Origin: an uncultured Nitrososphaerales archaeon
GTDB lineage: Archaea; Thermoproteota; Nitrososphaeria; Nitrososphaerales; Nitrososphaeraceae
Length of the DNA stretch: 64,000 bases
Reading direction: 5' to 3'
NCBI GenBank assembly: GCA_963709405.1
Contig: CAVPXM010000026.1
Coordinates: 1 to 64,000 of the forward strand
Of this stretch, positions 57,880 through 64,000 are shown one piece after another. Within the stretch, counting starts at the first letter, position 1, and each line of letters opens with the position of its first letter. Under the pieces are notes generated by a model that saw only the letters and a list, made by a program, of their open reading frames with translations, ran no database searches and was not told where the DNA came from. The position numbers were made by a program, and so were the translations under genes.

Positions 57880-58165
57880 CCCTGACTTACTAATGAAGTG
57901 TTATCTTTACATCGCACCAAGTCAGTCTATACAGATAATTCTTGATTTCAGAGAACGTTTATAATCTGGCATGCTGCACATCTGCATTAAAAAAACAATT
58001 TTTCCCGAGTTAACTGTATGAATTTTCCACAAAATCTGAAATAATCCGACGTGTTAAAACATGCTGGATATTAACAGAATTGATTAGGCGGTTCATATCG
58101 ACTAATTGCTACTATCTATAGATATCATTAATTTGCAGAGTCGACAGATTTTGTTTATGAGTTCA
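57880..58165 (+). repeat. Repeat family A full copy
   Basis: ccaagtcagtctatacagata..tttataatctggcatgctgcacatc..ttgctactatctatagatatc..gagtcgacag. Confidence 0.9.
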
Positions 58166-58619
58166 TCAAGTCCTGATAGTTTTACCTATCAATAGGATCA
58201 GACTAGTAAGTTTGGAGAATTTTAGTAAGTCTGATTTATGTGCCTCAAGGAGCTTTGCTTGATGTGATGCCCTACCGATTTCAAATGTACATTTTTTATG
58301 TCAAGATGTACTTTATAGTAATAGTATCCTTGATTTTTGACGATTATCAGATAACACGGACTTTGCTCGAGAGTGTGTTCCGAAAGTGGGGCATATGGAG
58401 TATTCGGATCCTCATAAAAGAAGTTATCTATAGGATCTGGATTTGCTGTGTGCTGCTTCTATATGTATAGCGGAAAGGTTATTTAACTGGGGACACAAGC
58501 ATGCGCGCCCTTCAACATCCCCGTCAGGTTTCCGTTAATATCACTAATGATTTGATCATGGTCTTCGCTTTGTCCTTATGTAAGATGTCAGGCCGTCATA
58601 GACGTCATGGTATCCATAG

Positions 58620-60436
58620 TGGTATAAAAAAAACAAACATGTAGTAATCAGATCAGTAGTTTCAACAATTCTTGCGGTCACATTGATCTTGACTATAATT
58701 GTCTCTGGTGGACAAGTTTCAGCAGACATTAACAAAGTCTCCATTTGCTTTTCCACTTCCAATAAGGTCGCCAGACTTCCAAAATATTAAATTTACTGAT
58801 GGAGTAGCAAGCGGCGATGTTTCACAAAATAGTGTTGTTTTGTGGACACGTGTAAACCAACAGGGACGGTTAACACTTGATGTTTCCACTCTCCCAGACT
58901 TTAAGATACCAGATTTTAAGAAGAGTAATATTCCAGCATTAAAAGAAAATGACTTTACTGCCAAAGTTACGGTAACTGGTCTAAAACCAAACCAACAATA
59001 TTTCTACCGATGGAGCGCCGGTAGAATCGTAAGCGAATTAGGAACGTTCAAGACCGCTCCTACGACTGCAGTCGCTACCAATATACGTTTCTCATGGAGC
59101 GGGGACACTGATGTAAGCACGATTGATGGAAAGCGTGTCTTTGGGAACTGGAAGAGCCTTTTATCGGCGCTATTTGAAAGACCAGATTTTTTTGTTTATT
59201 TGGGTGATGTCATATACTCTGATTCTAGAGCTGGAGGTGATCCAAGGGTTCCTGCTGCCTCAAACACTTGATGAATTTAGACAGATTTACAAAGATTCAC
59301 GAGACATTTTTGCCTTACGCACTTTACTACAGAGAGTACCAACATATCCATTATGGGATGATCATGAAGTTAGAAGCGATTGGGCCGGACAGACAGTTGA
59401 TCGTTTCTTTTATAATATAGGTAATAAAGCATTCCAGGAATACATGCCAATTGGCAAAGTGCAGACTGCCAATACCGATGCACAATGTGCAGGACCGCCA
59501 CAGTACAGAGTATTTCATTGGGGTAAAGCTCCTGACGTCATAATCATTGATACTCGCTCCTGTCGTAGTGATAATGCTCAAAATATATGCAAGGGGGATA
59601 TAGCTCCAACCTTGCCAGCATTTGTGAGAAACCAATTCCCGGCATTCTTTCCACCACAATTACCTCCAGGATGCATAAATGCGGTAAATGATCCAACACG
59701 TACAATGCTTGGAAACACACAAAAGGCCATGTTTAAAGATGCTCTTGCACACTCCACTGCTAAATATAAGTTTGTTATAAGCTCTGTATCAATGCAACAG
59801 GCATATATTTTTCCTTATGATAGATGGGAGGGATATTCTGCAGAGCGCAATGAGATCTTGAACTTTATTCGAGATAACCACATTCAAAACGTAATCTTTC
59901 TTACCACTGACGAACACTTGAACATGATGAATGATGTATTTATAGATCGCTTTACTAATCCTACACCAATAGCCTACGAGTTTATAACCGGCCCGATAGC
60001 TGCATTGACTGACGAAAATAATATTTTGAAAATCTTTCCTGTTCAAGGTCCTCAGGCAGTGAAGGCAAAACAGGATATTCTAAACTTGGTTGTAGGCGTT
60101 GACTGTAGCAATCTGAATGCATTCTCTTATGGCTCAGTTGATATAAATTCAAAGACTGGGGTAGCTAATGTCACCCTCAAGGATGAGAGCGGAAGGACTA
60201 TCAGGGATGAGACAAATCAAAATATTGCATGTACAAAGACATTCGGGACAGAATCATCCACTAGTTCATCTCCAACTTCTACAACACAAAATCTTGATAC
60301 TCCAAAGAGTACCACAAATTCTATAGAGGGATTGTTACAACAACAGCAGAAAAATCGTACTGAAGGAATGTTCCTTCAGCAAGAAGAGGCAAGACAAATG
60401 GATAGAAATTTCCCAGGCCAGGAAGAAGGCAACTGA
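58620..60436 (+). CDS. phoD: PhoD-family alkaline phosphatase, exported, frameshifted
   Basis: GVASGD..VLWTR, YLGDVIYSD, WDDHEV, IDTRSCR, DRWEGY..ER, LTTDEH. Confidence 0.88.
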
Positions 60437-61342
60437 AAGACTTTAGGTATTTAGATTGGACTACATTGACACTTCTCGCGCGCATTTCGCGCGCGACTAG
60501 GTTTGGCTGCTGGAATGAATTAGCACGGTTCTAGAATCTCTAGCATAGTATTTTTGCATGACCTCTTAGTTATAGGTGTCATATTTACGGATTGGAAGAT
60601 GTCATCGTGTATTAAAAGTCATACTTAATAGATGCGCTATCGGGGGGCGCGCGCCTCTCGATAGACATGTACATGAACTAAACCTTGAGATAGCCAGAAA
60701 TTAGAAAGCTATATGTACAACAGATAATTCCTCAGTGCCACTTCCTCCAGGAAATGTTTTGTTAGAGGAGGCTTTCAAAGATGCATGGCAAATAATAATC
60801 ATCATATCAAAGCACGGCATCTCATGTAAGGATAAAATATTTCAAGTTTGCATCTGATGAGGAACACAGCATTATGTCATTTGCAGGTAAAAGTTGACAA
60901 GATAGAATATCGCCAAGGGACTTTGAAACATGGCGCGATATCCCAGATAAATACGTAACACTGGTATCTGTTTGAGTGTCATCGAAATTGCCAGCCGGGA
61001 TCAAAGATAACTAGATACTTAATAGTGCGATATGCTCATTTGTCATATGGCATTCATCTGCCAATTAGTATCGGTTAGCGTTTAAGGTATTTAGTCGCAT
61101 TTGGAAAATTTTTGTATTTTAAGCCACAATACATGTATAGTTTCTTAGAATCTATTTCTTTTACCATATTACACATCAAGTTGATATTGGGTCATAACCA
61201 TGCATAAACGTACATGCTTTATTCCTATCCTTACCCAGAAGTGATTGTCTATAAACCCAGCGTATTGACAAATTCCATGCACAATTTCTATATGTTTACC
61301 CTTCCTTAATCATACCGTTCCCAAAAATTGCTCTATTAATAA

Positions 61343-61364
61343 TTAATAATAGATTTATTATTAA
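61343..61364. promoter_or_regulatory. Inverted repeat upstream of the nikR-like gene (possible operator)
   Basis: ttaataata-gatt-tattattaa, with TATA-like tttaaata at 61381. The AT-rich context lowers its significance. Confidence 0.35.
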
Positions 61365-61409
61365 AAAACAAACATACCTATTTAAATAAGCTAATAAGAA
61401 TAATAACTG

Positions 61410-61793
61410 TTGCCGATTGTCAGCGTGTCGCTGAGTAGAGATCTTCTTAATGATCTGGGCATATTGCAAAAAAGACTTGGTTTTACAGGTAGATCAGAAA
61501 TAATCAGGGCGAGCGTTCGCACTATGCTGTCTGAAGAGAAGGAAAGGGAAGATTTAATCGGCCAGATTCACGCTCTCTTCTTGGTAACTCACGATGAGAA
61601 ATCCGACGATGAAATTAACGAAATGAGACATACTTATGACAAGTTGATAACTACGCACTTGCATAATAAAATAGACCGAGATAAATGTCTCGAGATATTT
61701 GTTCTAAAGGGTGACGCCAGTCAGATAAGAGACATGACAAGGATGTTTCAATCTAACAAGAAAATGGATAATGTTAAATTAATCACAATGTGA
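61410..61793 (+). CDS. nikR: NikR-family ribbon-helix-helix metal-responsive regulator
   Basis: IVSVSL..GFTGRSEIIR, HLH..CLEIFVLKG. Confidence 0.85.
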   Translation: MPIVSVSLSRDLLNDLGILQKRLGFTGRSEIIRASVRTMLSEEKEREDLIGQIHALFLVTHDEKSDDEINEMRHTYDKLITTHLHNKIDRDKCLEIFVLKGDASQIRDMTRMFQSNKKMDNVKLITM

Positions 61794-62426
61794 TATGGAA
61801 ATGCGTTATATTGAGGGCAGTTTTTTGCGTGCGTGAATCTAATGGCATCAAACAACATATTTGAAATCATACCAGATCCCAATTCTTCACGAATTCCATT
61901 CGAATAGCTATTCCCTGGTAAATTATGATCTGACGTATCTGAAATAAAAAATGGAATCATGAGTGAGGAGTGCTACTATCTCAGCTACTTTATTTTCACA
62001 TTTTCATTTTTCTAATCAGGGAATTTATAATTCACCTATTATTAGAATGAAAACATTCAAAAATTACTAATCAATGGTAAAATTGAACGTGTAAGCATTA
62101 CTTTTCACTGGGGTGTTTGTAATAATTATTAATATTTATCACTATGGATTTTAGACACTTTGAAGTGTGATGGATCATGAACTGTATTGTTCTCAGATTT
62201 AATTGCATCCCTTATTGCAACTCATGATGGTGTTGAGGATTCAGGTATGGTTGATGTATGTGACATTGGTCAAGATCTTTTTCGCACACTCAGGTGGCCC
62301 TTCCATATCGTTAGTATTATTAAATTCTTTATACACGACCACATTAATATTATTAACAAAAGTATATAAAGTTATTAGTTTCTATATCATATTACGCAGA
62401 AGCTTAGTAATCTGTTAATTGGATTA

Positions 62427-63341
62427 TTGCTCGTTATTATAATAACGTCAATCTCAGAGAGTGTTTTTTCAACTGCTAGCACCAGTGCTATTACTACAAG
62501 CTCCTTTAAAACTAACGCATCTAAACTGAAGGTTATAGCATCTTTTTTTCCAATCTATGAATTTGTAAAGAAAGTTGGCGGCAATAAAGTAGATGCGTCA
62601 GTATTAGTTCCTGTCGGGGCTGAGCCTCACGATTTTGATCCTACTATTCAACAAATTCAGAATATTGAATCGGCTGCCGTATTGGTATACAATGGAGCCG
62701 GGATGGAAGGAACATGGATAAACAAAGTTAATCCAAAGTTTGCAATTGATTCCAGTAAAGGTTTAAACTTACTTTCTAGTAATGATCCCAAGATTCATTC
62801 ATCAACAGACCCTCATATTTGGCTAGATCCAATCCTTGCAATCCATCAGGTTGAGAATATACGCGATGGCTTGATGAAGGTTGATCCTACTAACTCCGTG
62901 TATTATAAGAATAATGCTCAGAGCTTTATTGGACAACTAATGTCATTAGACAACGCTATAAGAGGAAACATTTCTAGTTCCAATTGTGCAAAAAGAGAAT
63001 TCGTTGCTTTCCACAATGCTTTTGGCTACTTCGCAAAAGAGTACGGTTTGAAACAACACGGTATTCACCAAGGTTTAACACCTGAAGGAGAAATACTCCC
63101 ACAACGGTTGGTAGATGTAGTACAACTTGCAAAGAAGATTGGCATAAATGTAATTTATTCTGAAGATTTGATCGATCCTCGCTCAGCTCAAACTATAGCA
63201 GATGAGGTTCCGAATGGAAAGGTGTTGGTTTTAAGTCCAATCGAAGGGATAAAACCACATGAACAACAAGAGGGAATAGGCTACATTGATAAGATGTATC
63301 AAGACCTGTCAGATTTAAAGGAAGGTCTGCAATGCAAATAG
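62427..63341 (+). CDS. znuA: Zn/Mn ABC transporter substrate-binding protein
   Basis: EPHDFDP, DPHIWLDP, FHNAFGYFA. Confidence 0.92.
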   Translation: MLVIIITSISESVFSTASTSAITTSSFKTNASKLKVIASFFPIYEFVKKVGGNKVDASVLVPVGAEPHDFDPTIQQIQNIESAAVLVYNGAGMEGTWINKVNPKFAIDSSKGLNLLSSNDPKIHSSTDPHIWLDPILAIHQVENIRDGLMKVDPTNSVYYKNNAQSFIGQLMSLDNAIRGNISSSNCAKREFVAFHNAFGYFAKEYGLKQHGIHQGLTPEGEILPQRLVDVVQLAKKIGINVIYSEDLIDPRSAQTIADEVPNGKVLVLSPIEGIKPHEQQEGIGYIDKMYQDLSDLKEGLQCK

Positions 63342-63688
63342 TAGTAGAATCACTCGAGACTAAACGCCATGACTATAATAATCTCTTATCGTCTCATTCT
63401 TTATCTTCGGATGACATCTTATTTATTGTACACGATGACCTTTTAGTAATCACTGATATTATTGATAATGTAAAAAACATATACCTTGGATGCACTCCTG
63501 CGTTCCAAGTAAACTATAACAGAGAAGTTGCAATGCTTTGCCTGCAGGTTAGAAAAGCTGGGGAAGTCCTTCAAGAGATAGGTGGATTACCACGGATGAA
63601 TTCAAAGCCAATTATACATGTACACGTGCCTTGTGCTTGCCAGAACATAGATTTCAATGATAATGATTGGAAAACCTATGTTCATTAA
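63332..63688 (+). CDS. Hypothetical protein in the position expected for the ABC ATPase
   Basis: Overlaps the znuA stop. No Walker A or ABC signature. Confidence 0.35.
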   Translation: MQIVVESLETKRHDYNNLLSSHSLSSDDILFIVHDDLLVITDIIDNVKNIYLGCTPAFQVNYNREVAMLCLQVRKAGEVLQEIGGLPRMNSKPIIHVHVPCACQNIDFNDNDWKTYVH

Positions 63689-63723
63689 ATCATTAGTTCA
63701 TATGATGTTCAGGAACTGTCAAT

Positions 63724-64000
63724 ATGATATTTGAGATTCTTCAATTTGGTTTTATGCAACGTGCATTAATTTCTGGAATTGCAATCGCTATAAATTGCTC
63801 TGTAATTGGACTTTTCCTTGTTTTGAGACGACAATCGTTATTCGGCGATGCTCTTTCACATGTAGCTTTTGGCGGAATAGCTGTCGGTCTATTTACAAAT
63901 ATATATCCGATATGGACAGCTTTTATAGTATCTATTCTAGCATCTTTGGGAATTACTAAACTAAGACAGTCCGCAAAAATTTCTGCAGATTCTGCTGTTG
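63724..64000 (+). CDS. znuB: Zn/Mn ABC transporter permease, runs off the window
   Basis: MIFEILQFGFMQRAL..GLFLVLRRQSLFGDALSHVAFGG. Confidence 0.9.
   Translation, partial: MIFEILQFGFMQRALISGIAIAINCSVIGLFLVLRRQSLFGDALSHVAFGGIAVGLFTNIYPIWTAFIVSILASLGITKLRQSAKISADSAV

Noticed and set aside
14712-58165. Repeat A or B as a CRISPR array
   Set aside because: The copies are long, diverged, kilobases apart and on both strands. There is no regular repeat-spacer period and no cas gene.

Overview
AT-rich archaeal DNA. The gene content points to a soil ammonia-oxidising thaumarchaeote (Nitrososphaeraceae-like; inference). It includes an Amt transporter plus PII, a ComA-HTH fusion, a DUF1998 helicase, a rhodanese, a cupredoxin, PriX-type fragments, and NikR with ZnuA/ZnuB. 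Many otherwise intact genes carry one frameshift, probably long-read assembly error. Islands of housekeeping genes sit within a decayed accessory landscape: one complete IS5 and one complete IS630 (both with target duplications), IS6 and IS5 remnants, a tyrosine recombinase plus two orphan recombinase tails, primase/PriX remnants, and small secreted Cys-rich proteins. The most striking unexplained structure is a set of dispersed non-coding repeats. Family A has 12 recognisable copies of about 130-320 bp, with a GCGCGC head and a GATATGC-N-GCATATC palindrome. Family B is built on a CCCGGGTATCC(C)GGG core. Family C has two copies. They lie between accessory genes, at gene truncation points and next to the integrase. 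A secreted Gln/Asn/Gly repeat protein is a candidate functional amyloid or fibre. I saw no tRNA, rRNA or CRISPR array. All calls were made by eye without database searches, and repeat boundaries are approximate.
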